Shown: positions 1-8,962 of the stretch, one piece after another | Layout: each line of letters starts with the position of its first letter | Position numbering within the stretch: the first letter of the stretch is position 1 | From: an uncultured Candidatus Saccharibacteria bacterium | GTDB lineage: Bacteria > Patescibacteriota > Saccharimonadia > Saccharimonadales > Saccharimonadaceae | Direction of reading: 5' to 3' | DNA length: 64,000 nucleotides | Assembly: GCA_946186455.1 (NCBI GenBank) | Contig: CAMHNK010000002.1 | Span: forward strand, 186-64,185 | Notes under the pieces: model-generated | The model's input: only the letters and a program-made list of their open reading frames with translations | Databases searched by the model: none | Told to the model about the DNA's origin: nothing | Translations under genes and position numbers: made by a program

Positions 1-650
1 GTTGGGCGGATGCCTTTGCGGCGCTTGCGACCAGCTGCACCAATCTTAACGTTCTGATGCTGTAAGTTTGATACGGTACCAATCGAAGCTTCGCATGTAG
101 CGAGAACCTTGCGGACCTCACCTGAAGGCATTTTAAGGGTGGCATAGCCATCTTCTTTTGCCATTAATTGTGCCGAAGCACCAGCGGCGCGAACCATTTG
201 AGCTCCACGACCTGGCGTTAATTCGATTGCGTAAACAAATGTACCAACTGGGATGTTTTCGAGTGGAAGACGGTTTGAATCTTCAACTTCAACATCGCCG
301 GTCTTGAAGGTGGTACCTTTTTCCATCTTCGTATCAGCGAGTACATAATAATATGTACCGTTTTGATCTTTCACACGAGCAATGCGTGCGGAACGGTTTG
401 GATCGTATTCGATTTCCTCGACCTTAAGGGTAAGACCTTTTGGTAGGTTGTAGGTCATAATACGATAGTGGCGCTTTACACCACCACCACGATGGCGGAC
501 GGTGATACGGCCTTGATTATTCTTACCCGCTTGCTGCTTCTTGGCGGCGAGAAGTGACTTCATCGGCTTGTTAGTCGTGATTTGGTCATAATCTTCTGTC
601 GTCTTCTGACGTTGCGCCGGAGTAATCGGGCGATATGCTTTAATAGCCAT
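1..650 (-). CDS. rplB: 50S ribosomal protein L2 (5' part, runs off window)
   Basis: Manual translation from ATG at 650: MAIKAYRPITPAQRQ..., contains GKNNQGRITVRHRGGG and EYDPNRSARIA; follows rplW with a TAATG overlap. Confidence 0.97.
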   Translation of the reverse strand, partial: MAIKAYRPITPAQRQKTTEDYDQITTNKPMKSLLAAKKQQAGKNNQGRITVRHRGGGVKRHYRIMTYNLPKGLTLKVEEIEYDPNRSARIARVKDQNGTYYYVLADTKMEKGTTFKTGDVEVEDSNRLPLENIPVGTFVYAIELTPGRGAQMVRAAGASAQLMAKEDGYATLKMPSGEVRKVLATCEASIGTVSNLQHQNVKIGAAGRKRRKGIRP

Positions 651-1060
651 TATTTATTCTCCTTACCTGCATTCTTGTCCGCCTTTTTGGCTGCTTTTTC
701 AGCTTTCTTGGCTTCCTTTGCGCTGGTTTTATTATCTTCTTTTTCCGGCTCATCAAATACACGAATTGAATTGCCTTCAGCTAAAGTTACATAAGCGAAC
801 TTGCGGTCCTGGCGGTGAGTAATGCCTGGGTAAGCGTGCTTGCCCTTGCTGAATTTAGTTTTCTTACCGTCGCGGATCATCGTGCGAACGTCTGTAACTT
901 TCACATTAAATTCTTTTTCAACCATCTTGGCAACATCTTGTTTTGAAGTCGAGCGCTTTACGATAAATACGTAAGTGCGCTTGGTTTGCTCAAGATAGGT
1001 TTTCTCCGTAGCACGTGGCTCGAGGATATGAAGATTGATATTGGTTTTTGCGTCTGCCAT
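650..1060 (-). CDS. rplW: 50S ribosomal protein L23 with charged Lys/Ala-rich C-terminal extension
   Basis: PRATEK, YVFIV, K..VEKEFNVKV..V, K.AYVTL motifs; lies between rplD and rplB. Confidence 0.96.
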   Translation of the reverse strand: MADAKTNINLHILEPRATEKTYLEQTKRTYVFIVKRSTSKQDVAKMVEKEFNVKVTDVRTMIRDGKKTKFSKGKHAYPGITHRQDRKFAYVTLAEGNSIRVFDEPEKEDNKTSAKEAKKAEKAAKKADKNAGKENK

Positions 1061-1061
1061 T

Positions 1062-1658
1062 TTACTTCTCTCCCTTCAACCACTTTACGGTAGCTTTATA
1101 ACCTGCATCGCCGAATACGATTGCATCAGCGTTCATGATGTCAAATACATTAAGATAAGTTGCACGAACTAACTTCACATTTGGAAGGTTGTTGGTCGAG
1201 CGAAGGATTTCTGGAGTCTTCTCAGAAACCACTGCAAGTACTAACTTATCTTCGAGCTTCATGTCCTTAAGAACCTTAGCTGCAGTCTTGGTCTTGCCAT
1301 CAAGTTTGACGGTTGGCTCAAGTACAAATACAGCTTTGTCTTTGTTCTTAATCGAAAGAGCTTGGCGTACGGCTTGGAGCTTAGCGCTGCGAGAGATCTT
1401 CTTGGTGAAGTTTTCTTCGCCGGTGCGACCAAATGCTACACCACCATGGCGCCAGATTGGGTTACGAGTCGAACCAAAACGAGCACGACCAGTACCTTTT
1501 TGCTTCCATGGCTTCTTGCCACCACCTCTTACTTCGCCACGCTTCAAAGTTTTAGCGTGTGATGAACGTGAATTTGCAAGATATGCATCGTATGCAAGCT
1601 TTACTAATTCATGATTTTCGACGGAAAGGCCGAATACATCTTTATCTAAAGTAGCCAT
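1062..1658 (-). CDS. rplD: 50S ribosomal protein L4
   Basis: RGEVRGGGKKPWKQKGTGRAR..S...P.WR.GG signature. Confidence 0.98.
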   Translation of the reverse strand: MATLDKDVFGLSVENHELVKLAYDAYLANSRSSHAKTLKRGEVRGGGKKPWKQKGTGRARFGSTRNPIWRHGGVAFGRTGEENFTKKISRSAKLQAVRQALSIKNKDKAVFVLEPTVKLDGKTKTAAKVLKDMKLEDKLVLAVVSEKTPEILRSTNNLPNVKLVRATYLNVFDIMNADAIVFGDAGYKATVKWLKGEK

Positions 1659-1659
1659 A

Positions 1660-2280
1660 TTATTCCTTTCCCTCCACCGTTACGATTCCTTTTTTCGGAC
1701 CAGGCACAGCGCCTTTTAGACCGATTAGATTGTTGGCTGCATCAATGTATGCAACAACAAGATTTTTGACAGTGACGGTGTCGTGGCCCATACGGCCTGG
1801 CATTCTTTTGCCTTTGAAGACTTTCTGTGGGTACATCGAACCGATGGAACCAACTTTACGAATGTCGCCCTTAAAACCATGGGTATTACGGGATTCGTTA
1901 AAGTTCCAGCGCTTAACGGTACCGGCATAGCCTTTACCTTTGCTGATTCCGGTCACAGAAACCTTGTCACCAAGCTTGAAACTCTCAACTGTAAGAGTAT
2001 CACCAAGCTTTAGGCCTTCTGGGATTTCGTCAACACGAAATTCCTTTAGAACCTTAGGATTAATATTTTCACCGGCCTTCTTTACGTGGCCAGCAACCGA
2101 CTTGCTCAGATTCTTACCCTGACCATAACCCACCTGCACAGCGTTATAACCATCAGTTTCGACGGTTTTAATCTGAGTCACCGTGGCTGGGCCGGCTTGA
2201 AGAATTGTTACAGGAGTAACTACACCATCTTCGCCGATGATCTGGGTCATACCAATTTTGGTGCCGAGAATGACTTGCAT
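1660..2280 (-). CDS. rplC: 50S ribosomal protein L3
   Basis: GTKIGMTQ, DGYNAVQ, SKGKG, KGKRMPGRMG, KGAVPG motifs; SD-like AAGGA upstream. Confidence 0.98.
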   Translation of the reverse strand: MQVILGTKIGMTQIIGEDGVVTPVTILQAGPATVTQIKTVETDGYNAVQVGYGQGKNLSKSVAGHVKKAGENINPKVLKEFRVDEIPEGLKLGDTLTVESFKLGDKVSVTGISKGKGYAGTVKRWNFNESRNTHGFKGDIRKVGSIGSMYPQKVFKGKRMPGRMGHDTVTVKNLVVAYIDAANNLIGLKGAVPGPKKGIVTVEGKE

Positions 2281-2316
2281 CCTTATCCTTTCCTTTATTT
2301 TTTTACACTATTAAAA

Positions 2317-2375
2317 CTAGACTTTTAGGCCGGTTTCCCCTGTAAAAATCACAGAAGACCTCACCTTATGTCTAG
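2317..2375 (-). promoter_or_regulatory. long hairpin in 5' leader of the rplC operon (candidate r-protein leader)
   Basis: CUAGAC/GUCUAG, AGG/CCU, GGU/ACC and CUUCUGUGA/UUACAGGGG nested stems on the minus-strand transcript. Confidence 0.55.
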
Positions 2376-2386
2376 ATAACGCTATA

Positions 2387-2415
2387 ATTTTACCACACTT
2401 TTCAAGAGATTACAA
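2387..2415 (-). promoter_or_regulatory. sigma70-type promoter of rplC operon
   Basis: TTGTAA-17nt-TAAAAT with extended TG (TGGTAAAAT). Confidence 0.65.
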
Positions 2416-2442
2416 GGGGTTTTTAAGAGATTTTCTAAAGAA

Positions 2443-2958
2443 TTATTCGTCTTCGTGTTTGGTGATTTTGATATCAATGTCTTTGATTGAATTTTTCGTA
2501 TCCAAATTAACGTCAAACGACTCGCCTTCATCCGTCACAAACATGAAATAGGCCTTGTCGTAATCTTTGCTTAAATATTTGTAGCTATCTTTTTTGTAAC
2601 TGATTCGCTTCACATTCGGACGATTCTCAGAAAGGTATTTTGCAAGTGTATTGATAAGCTTTGAATAATGATCTGCCATCATGCCCATCTTCTTCAACTG
2701 GTAAAGCCCAATCATGACAATTTGGCCATCTTTAATTTCGGTATCTTGTTGCACTTTACGAATTCTTTCACCAGAAATTGGGTCGATTTCGGTCGTGATG
2801 CGTTCATTTTCTGGCAAAATCCCACCGCTTCTATCGATTTTAATCACACCGGTTGCAATTAAAATAATCAAAGTCAAAATTGCCACCCCAAAGATTACGC
2901 CCACCGCGATGAGTGCTCTACCTTTTTTCGTACTGGTTAATAAATTCTCGTTATTCAT
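2443..2958 (-). CDS. single-pass membrane protein, partner of upstream hydrolase
   Basis: 171 aa, one N-terminal TM helix; starts 1 nt after the upstream stop. Confidence 0.8.
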   Translation of the reverse strand: MNNENLLTSTKKGRALIAVGVIFGVAILTLIILIATGVIKIDRSGGILPENERITTEIDPISGERIRKVQQDTEIKDGQIVMIGLYQLKKMGMMADHYSKLINTLAKYLSENRPNVKRISYKKDSYKYLSKDYDKAYFMFVTDEGESFDVNLDTKNSIKDIDIKITKHEDE

Positions 2959-2959
2959 A

Positions 2960-4300
2960 CTATTTGCTAATTGCGTAGGCGTTTGATAAGCCTGCTGTTA
3001 CTTGATATGGATCATAGCTGGAAATTTGATCGTGGCTACCGGCCGAATCAGCCACAATCCATTCACCAGAATCAGTAATACCAACAATTGCGACATAGTG
3101 ACCGCCCTCCGTAAATGGATAGCCACCAGCGCCCACTGCGTGAATCATTTTGCCTGCTCTAAGCGCCGCGTTAATCGTTTCAACACTTGCATTGCCAAGA
3201 TTTTGTGCATGAAGCCCGTAATGGTTCGCTAGTACATTGGAAATTTCCCAGCTACTGCCACACAAATCGCCACCAGCACAGCGTACATGCATACCAGCTC
3301 TACCGGCCACATCGGCTGTATCTGCCGGCGTTACGCTCATGCCCATCGTCGCCAGAATCGAGGCAAACGAAGTCGGGCCACAGCCGGATTCACAAATCGA
3401 GTTCATATCGTGACCGTTAATACCTTGATTACCATAGTTGAGACTACCCCATGCTGGATCACACTGGCTGAATGAAACTACGCCATCAGCGGTCACTGGG
3501 TTGCCTGGACCACCACTGTAGCCACCGCCACCACCATCTTCATCTTCTGGTACACAATTCACTACTCCATTACTACCAGTGCTTGGATCGCCCGTATCTA
3601 CCACTTCTGGTAAATCACCTGGTGCAATGCCGAGGAATTCACCGGCTTTTTCGTAACGCCTTTGGAAATCATCCGTGGCTGGGTTTTCATACTTACGCCA
3701 CACTTGGTTCACAGCACCAGCAAGGTCAAGTGAGTTTAACTCGCCTGGGCTACAACCATAGTATGGGTCGTTTAATTCCTGGACCAAATACCCCACCTGT
3801 GCCTGAATCGAAGTCACCGGAAGGTTTCTGCTATCCGCGTATTCCTGAAGTGCCTGGACACGTGATTCGTAAGTCCACTGAGCGAGACCAAAACCACCGC
3901 TATACGTCTTACCGCCATCCCAAGCACGGAAGTTCTCTGCCACAATTGCGCCTCCTTCGAGAACGCGTGGGTTAAGATTCGACTCCCAGTACAAGTTACC
4001 GAGAATCGCAGCTGCGGATTGTTGCGAATAACCATTTTCCATCAAGCTACCCATCAGGCCACTTGCGTTATCATCCGCTGAATAATAGTAATCAGACGGG
4101 TCTACGACTTGATAATTTGAAGAACCGGCCTCAACACAAGCGTTTGAGCCGTATGGATCGTAAAAAAGAATGTTGTTCTGTGCGAACTTCTCGAGCATTT
4201 CTTCAGACATCGCCGCATGCGCAACTGAAGTGCATACGCCAACTACCGCTGCAAAAGTCAACGAAACGCCCACTACCGGTAAGATTTTACGTTTATCCAT
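2960..4300 (-). CDS. secreted cell-wall hydrolase: phage-tail-lysozyme-like + peptidase C39-like domains
   Basis: Signal peptide; AAAILGNLYWES..NP, GFGLAQWT, YENP (lysozyme-like); Q.D..W, SGCGPTS, GHY, DS (C39-like). Start moved from 4336 to 4300 (TTGATA-17-TATACT-7nt-ATG). Confidence 0.82.
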   Translation of the reverse strand: MDKRKILPVVGVSLTFAAVVGVCTSVAHAAMSEEMLEKFAQNNILFYDPYGSNACVEAGSSNYQVVDPSDYYYSADDNASGLMGSLMENGYSQQSAAAILGNLYWESNLNPRVLEGGAIVAENFRAWDGGKTYSGGFGLAQWTYESRVQALQEYADSRNLPVTSIQAQVGYLVQELNDPYYGCSPGELNSLDLAGAVNQVWRKYENPATDDFQRRYEKAGEFLGIAPGDLPEVVDTGDPSTGSNGVVNCVPEDEDGGGGGYSGGPGNPVTADGVVSFSQCDPAWGSLNYGNQGINGHDMNSICESGCGPTSFASILATMGMSVTPADTADVAGRAGMHVRCAGGDLCGSSWEISNVLANHYGLHAQNLGNASVETINAALRAGKMIHAVGAGGYPFTEGGHYVAIVGITDSGEWIVADSAGSHDQISSYDPYQVTAGLSNAYAISK

Positions 4301-4347
4301 TGATATAAGTATAATATGTTTTTTACGAGATATCAAGCATAATGCTT

Positions 4348-5064
4348 TTAATATCCACCGGAATCGTCATAGTATTCAAAAATGTAATTACTTGGCTCGT
4401 AGCCCATTTCTTTAATCTTGTTTTTCGCATTTTCGAGTTGCCCGCCACTATAGTCTACTACCATCAAAACTAAGCGATCATCATCATTAAATTTACCGCG
4501 AATCTCGTAATGTACGGCTCGTCTGGCGGCAAAATCAAATTCGTCCACTTCAATCGGCAATTTACTATAAAGCGGATTATTTCTGATATTCTCAACGTCA
4601 CGTGTTGTGTTAAACATACTTTTACAGAACGAATTCGGGAATTTACTTTGTTCCTTGTTTGGGCAAGTAATTGTAATCGCGTCCGAAATCTCCACTTTGT
4701 CCGACCAACTCGCCGCCACCGCATAAGTTTGTTTGTAAGAATCAATATCAACGAGGAATGTCACCGAAGTAATATCACTATCAATACTCTCTTCATAAGA
4801 ACCATTGCGAATCTCACCTTTAATTACTTCTTCCGGCTTCGCATCTTCCTCTTGAATCAATAAGTTCTTCAATTGCTCGCCGAGACCCCTCCGGATTTCT
4901 TCTGGCATCGATGCTGGATAAAACTCCATCATAACTTGCCGCGCCGCATCTTCATGCTCCTTCATTACTGCGAGCACAATCGCCATAATAATAATGGCAA
5001 GCGATACTGCTACGCTTACCACAATTAGTAGTTTTGTTTTTCGTTTGTTGCCGCCTATTTGCAT
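4348..5064 (-). CDS. single-pass membrane protein, partner of upstream hydrolase
   Basis: 238 aa, basic N-terminus then TM helix, two extracellular Cys; starts 1 nt after the upstream stop. Confidence 0.8.
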   Translation of the reverse strand: MQIGGNKRKTKLLIVVSVAVSLAIIIMAIVLAVMKEHEDAARQVMMEFYPASMPEEIRRGLGEQLKNLLIQEEDAKPEEVIKGEIRNGSYEESIDSDITSVTFLVDIDSYKQTYAVAASWSDKVEISDAITITCPNKEQSKFPNSFCKSMFNTTRDVENIRNNPLYSKLPIEVDEFDFAARRAVHYEIRGKFNDDDRLVLMVVDYSGGQLENAKNKIKEMGYEPSNYIFEYYDDSGGY

Positions 5065-5065
5065 A

Positions 5066-6400
5066 TTATATTCCTTTCAACACGCTATCCGTGTATGCAT
5101 ACGTCGGCCCATACGGGCTAGAAGAATTCGTATATTCAGACAGGCTGTATGCCTGTGCACGCGGGCGATAGGCTCTCGAACCTCTACCAGAACCACAGCT
5201 CGCCTCGCCAATAATAATCTGATTTTTTGACTCGTCAATTCCGAGCACGATTCCGGTATGGTTAGCCCAACCATCCGCCGAACCACTAACTGGTCCTGAG
5301 CTCATAATAGCATACATTCTCGGTGTTCTGCCACCGTTTTTCAGCTGTGGGTGCGATGCTAAATTCTGGCTCACAGCCTGTGAACCCTGAATTAGTGCCA
5401 CGCCATTTGGCCCCAGCGTCGTATAACGATTCAAAAACCATTTCGTAAAGGCAGAACAGTTATTAAGCGAACCACTCGGGCATCCCACATCTTCAATCGA
5501 AACACCCTGGAATGTCACCGTACCGTGTTGCATTTTGTCCGATTCTCTTGCATACGCTTCCATGAATGATTGTGCCTGCGCGAGGCTCATCCCACCACTC
5601 ACGAGTTTACCTTCTGTTACGGCCTGATCTTCCTCGGCTTTAGTATCCTCTTTTTTACTCACCACGCAAGTCGTCATTTCGTCCATGCCGACATCCGAAC
5701 CATCACCACCGGCCGCATTCTTGGCCGCATTTTCATACCATTCTGGATATTCTTCCGCGAGTTCCTTGGATGACTTCCAGCCTTCTTGCTGTGATAGATT
5801 CTCAATCATAGAGATTAAAGAACTAAGCTTCGAAACATAATTCGGGTCGGTCGCATACCCTGCATTCTTAATTGCCTGTGCGTAAGCATATGGATTCGTA
5901 ATTGTCTCGCCCTGGAACACGCCGTGATTCCGGTAAGTTGGCGTGTTTACGATGTTTTTATAATAACCTTCCCAACCTTCCATTGGCGTTGCATATGAAA
6001 ATGCATTGTCTGGATTGCTATCAAACGCCCCGATACCAAAGAAATTATTTCTTTCGCGTGCAAAATACGAAGTACCCGATGCCGACTCCAAAATCCCCTG
6101 TGCCATCACTGTTTCCCAAGGAATTCCGTAATTGATACTAAGCGTCACCGCGACGTCATGGTAGGTCTTAATAAAACTCACTTGCGTACCGTCCGGCTCG
6201 CCACCTAGCACCCCACCATCGGCTGACGCACTTACGCAACTACCGTATGGATCATAAAACAGGATATTATTATCCGCATAAATCGAGAGTTCATCTTCGG
6301 TCATTTTATTCTTAGTTGCAAACGTACCGGTCGTAAAAACCAGGCTCGTTCCGAGAATGCACGTAATCAGAAATAATTTACGCTTCATCACTTTGAGCAT
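5066..6400 (-). CDS. secreted cell-wall hydrolase: GH73 glucosaminidase + CHAP-like amidase
   Basis: Signal peptide; AQGILES, NNFFGI, GYATDPNY (GH73); NCSAF..WF, HTGIV, IGEA (CHAP-like Cys/His/Glu). Start may be 6388. Confidence 0.82.
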   Translation of the reverse strand: MLKVMKRKLFLITCILGTSLVFTTGTFATKNKMTEDELSIYADNNILFYDPYGSCVSASADGGVLGGEPDGTQVSFIKTYHDVAVTLSINYGIPWETVMAQGILESASGTSYFARERNNFFGIGAFDSNPDNAFSYATPMEGWEGYYKNIVNTPTYRNHGVFQGETITNPYAYAQAIKNAGYATDPNYVSKLSSLISMIENLSQQEGWKSSKELAEEYPEWYENAAKNAAGGDGSDVGMDEMTTCVVSKKEDTKAEEDQAVTEGKLVSGGMSLAQAQSFMEAYARESDKMQHGTVTFQGVSIEDVGCPSGSLNNCSAFTKWFLNRYTTLGPNGVALIQGSQAVSQNLASHPQLKNGGRTPRMYAIMSSGPVSGSADGWANHTGIVLGIDESKNQIIIGEASCGSGRGSRAYRPRAQAYSLSEYTNSSSPYGPTYAYTDSVLKGI

Positions 6401-7472
6401 AACAATTTTCTAAGAAATTATCAATAAACCCGTCTATCTCACCATCTAAAACCGCATCCGGATCGGTCTCTTCATACCCGGTGCGCGTATCTTTTACTAA
6501 CTTATAAGGTTGCAGTACATAATTTCGAATTTGCTGCCCCCAGCCAGCAGACTCACCTGCGCGGAGCTTATCAATAGATTCCGCGTGTTGTTCTAACTGC
6601 ATCTGCACGAGCTTACCGCGGAGAATTTCCATCGCTTTTTCCTTGTTCTGTAGCTGCGAACGCTCGTTTTGAATCGCTACCACGGTATTGGTCGGAAGGT
6701 GCGTAATGCGTACTGCCGAATTTGTCGTGTTTACACTCTGCCCACCATGTCCACCGGAATGATAAACATCAATCCGAAGGTCTTTTTCGTCAATTTTTAC
6801 ATCCGTATCGGCCTTAATCACCGGCAAGACTTCGACTAACGCAAACGAAGTCTGACGGAGATTATTTGCGTTAAATGGCGAAAGCCTTACTAATCGATGT
6901 ACGCCGTGTTCAGACTTGAGTAGTCCATACGCGTTCGCACCAGTTACTTCATATACGCCCGTTTTAATCCCGGCTTCTTCACCGGCCACCCGCTCGAGAG
7001 TCTGCACTTTAAAGCCTTTTCTTTCAAAGAATCTAAGATACATGCGTTCCAGCATTCCAGACCAGTCCATCGCTTCCGTTCCACCGGCTCCCGCCGTGAT
7101 GCGGATAATTGCATCTTTATCGTCGTACGGCCCGTTAAAACGAAGCGCCTTCTTTAAATCCTGAAAATTTTTTTCCATCGCCTCGACTTGCCCGGCAATC
7201 TCTTCCTTTAGGCTCTCGTCAGACATTTGGGTTAATTCTTTCAAATCTTCAATCTGGGTTTTAAGCAGCCGCCACGGTTGGGTTTCTTCCGTCACTCTCG
7301 CGAGTTCCTGATTTTTACTCGTCGCTTCCTCAATATTGTGCCAAATTTCTGGCACCGCCACTTCTTCTTCAAGCTTCGCCATCTTAGCGAGTTTATCTTC
7401 AATTTTTAGCCGTTCATAAGCCACCAAAAAATCTTTCTCAAGGTCTGTCAGTCGTTTCTGTAATTCCTGCAT
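6378..7472 (-). CDS. prfB: peptide chain release factor 2
   Basis: SPF tripeptide (RLSPFN), GGQ, GAGGTEA; one uninterrupted ORF. Confidence 0.97.
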   Translation of the reverse strand: MQELQKRLTDLEKDFLVAYERLKIEDKLAKMAKLEEEVAVPEIWHNIEEATSKNQELARVTEETQPWRLLKTQIEDLKELTQMSDESLKEEIAGQVEAMEKNFQDLKKALRFNGPYDDKDAIIRITAGAGGTEAMDWSGMLERMYLRFFERKGFKVQTLERVAGEEAGIKTGVYEVTGANAYGLLKSEHGVHRLVRLSPFNANNLRQTSFALVEVLPVIKADTDVKIDEKDLRIDVYHSGGHGGQSVNTTNSAVRITHLPTNTVVAIQNERSQLQNKEKAMEILRGKLVQMQLEQHAESIDKLRAGESAGWGQQIRNYVLQPYKLVKDTRTGYEETDPDAVLDGEIDGFIDNFLENCYAQSDEA

Positions 7473-7520
7473 AGCCTAATTATATCATTAAGTCTTAAAA
7501 CGGAGTGTTATAATCAAATC

Positions 7521-8279
7521 ATGGAAAAACTAACCCCCTCACACGAAAAACTCGAAACGCCAAAATCCCGTGATCAAAAAATTGGCGAAACCGCTCTCGA
7601 GGAAAACTTCAAAATTGAGCAGGTCCGCACTTGGGCCGAGCGCTACGTTAGCACCGAAAAATCCTATGCTAGACACCGTAAACACGTTGTCTCTCTAGAT
7701 TACGAAGACCTCGAAGAATGGGAATCCCGCGCTAAACTCTCCTATGAAAACATGAAAGACGCCGAAAAATCTGCCAAATTCCGCTCTCGCTACGAACGCG
7801 ATAGCACCGAAAGAATTGGTACGCTCGATCCGGATGAATCCATCGAAGCCGATGCTGGTAAATTTTATCTTCGCCGTCAACGCGCGCTCGTTAAGGCCAT
7901 CGAAGCCTCTGACGAATCAAATAAGAACAAGGATATTCTGGCCAGCGAAGAACTTTATCGCTTTGTCAATGAGCATCTCTATTACGAACATGATTATGAC
8001 ACCAGAAGTATGGATCCCGGATATTATCAAAGCCGTCGTCGAGCCGCCCACAATGCCTTAATCAATCATTTAAACCATATGAACGATCTCTGCCGTAAAT
8101 ACGGCGTCACTCCATTTACCTTCCGTAATTTCGAAGACAACGATTTTACTTACTACCCAAATTTAGACACCGGCGGACACACCAACGCTCGTGCCGAATA
8201 CGACCGTTCTACCGTAGAAGCCTATTGTCGAAATGCCTTTAGTTCCTCTTACGAAAAAGCCGAAAAAGACAATCACTAA
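7521..8279 (+). CDS. hypothetical protein, C-terminus resembles DUF3232
   Basis: 252 aa; RR.AHNALI..LN..N.LC.KYG..PF motif recalled from DUF3232; TGTTATAAT 6 nt before ATG. Confidence 0.6.
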   Translation: MEKLTPSHEKLETPKSRDQKIGETALEENFKIEQVRTWAERYVSTEKSYARHRKHVVSLDYEDLEEWESRAKLSYENMKDAEKSAKFRSRYERDSTERIGTLDPDESIEADAGKFYLRRQRALVKAIEASDESNKNKDILASEELYRFVNEHLYYEHDYDTRSMDPGYYQSRRRAAHNALINHLNHMNDLCRKYGVTPFTFRNFEDNDFTYYPNLDTGGHTNARAEYDRSTVEAYCRNAFSSSYEKAEKDNH

Positions 8280-8291
8280 CAGATTAGAGTA

Positions 8292-8320
8292 TTGACTTTT
8301 TTAAGCATATGTGCTATAAT
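8292..8320 (+). promoter_or_regulatory. sigma70 promoter
   Basis: TTGACT-17nt-TATAAT with extended TG. Confidence 0.7.
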
Positions 8321-8354
8321 TAAAGCATCGTTCTGTCTCTAGGGGGTGGTTACT

Positions 8355-8630
8355 ATGAACGAGAAGTTTTATAAGCCCTTCGATGCGGAGAGTTTCGTCA
8401 AGAATCTGGACAAAGATGTCTTCCATGAGGAATTCATCAACAAACTTGGTCGCACTCTGGCGTTTTCGAGGCTCCGTTGTGGTGGTGAGCATCATCTTAC
8501 CGGTGAAGAATGGGCTGTGATTGAGCGTGGTTACCGCGCCCTTGGCGTCCCGATGGTCCTTTCGACCAGTGAATCCATCGAATTTGCCCATGCCCTTACG
8601 GCTCGTGCCGTCACTACTGCCCACTTTTAG
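8355..8630 (+). CDS. small hypothetical protein (about 91 aa)
   Basis: Has own promoter, G-rich SD and downstream terminator; ATG 8355 preferred over GTG 8346. Confidence 0.65.
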   Translation: MNEKFYKPFDAESFVKNLDKDVFHEEFINKLGRTLAFSRLRCGGEHHLTGEEWAVIERGYRALGVPMVLSTSESIEFAHALTARAVTTAHF

Positions 8631-8637
8631 TGGGTCC

Positions 8638-8664
8638 GGCTCGCTCTTATAGCGGGCCTTTTTT
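8638..8664 (+). terminator. intrinsic terminator
   Basis: GGCTCGCT-cttat-AGCGGGCC followed by T6. Confidence 0.7.
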
Positions 8665-8671
8665 ATTCCTT

Positions 8672-8709
8672 AAAAAGCAGAGAGGCCCCTATAAAAGGGG
8701 CCATTCTCT
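8672..8709 (-). terminator. intrinsic terminator of the 84-aa gene
   Basis: AGAGA..GGCCCCT/AGGGGCC.TCTCT hairpin followed by T5 on the minus strand. Confidence 0.55.
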
Positions 8710-8962
8710 ACCGTGTGAGATGCCAGGACAAATCACTCGAGTTGAACTCGAGTCGCATTTGCTCCCGACCAACCAGAATGTCGAAAATGTGAAGCGTGGC
8801 TTGCCCCGCGAAGTGAATATGGGTGCGGAGCAGCTCTGTCACTTCAGTTTCCGTTTGTCCACGTCGCCTGAAAGTGAGAGGCTGGCATGGCGTCATTTCG
8901 TAGCTGAAAAGCGCCATCACTTCGACTTGTTCTGTTTTGTTGTTTTTGTTAAAGTTTTTCAT
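8708..8962 (-). CDS. small beta-rich protein resembling those found beside DinB/PolY genes (P..F.....HIF....L.F....L.W.L)
   Basis: 84 aa ORF with AAGGAG SD; family resemblance is from memory only. Confidence 0.6.
   Translation of the reverse strand: MKNFNKNNKTEQVEVMALFSYEMTPCQPLTFRRRGQTETEVTELLRTHIHFAGQATLHIFDILVGREQMRLEFNSSDLSWHLTR

Noticed and set aside
2960-4300. Prophage suggested by phage-tail-lysozyme domain
   Set aside because: No structural, integrase or packaging genes; the protein has a signal peptide and sits among core genes
6378-7472. UGA recoding (code 25) as in some CPR lineages
   Set aside because: prfB is intact, TGA is used as a stop and conserved genes translate fully in code 11
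8301-8312. TTAAGCATATGT repeated at 17568-17579, both near promoters
   Set aside because: Only two AT-rich 12-mers in 64 kb; could be chance
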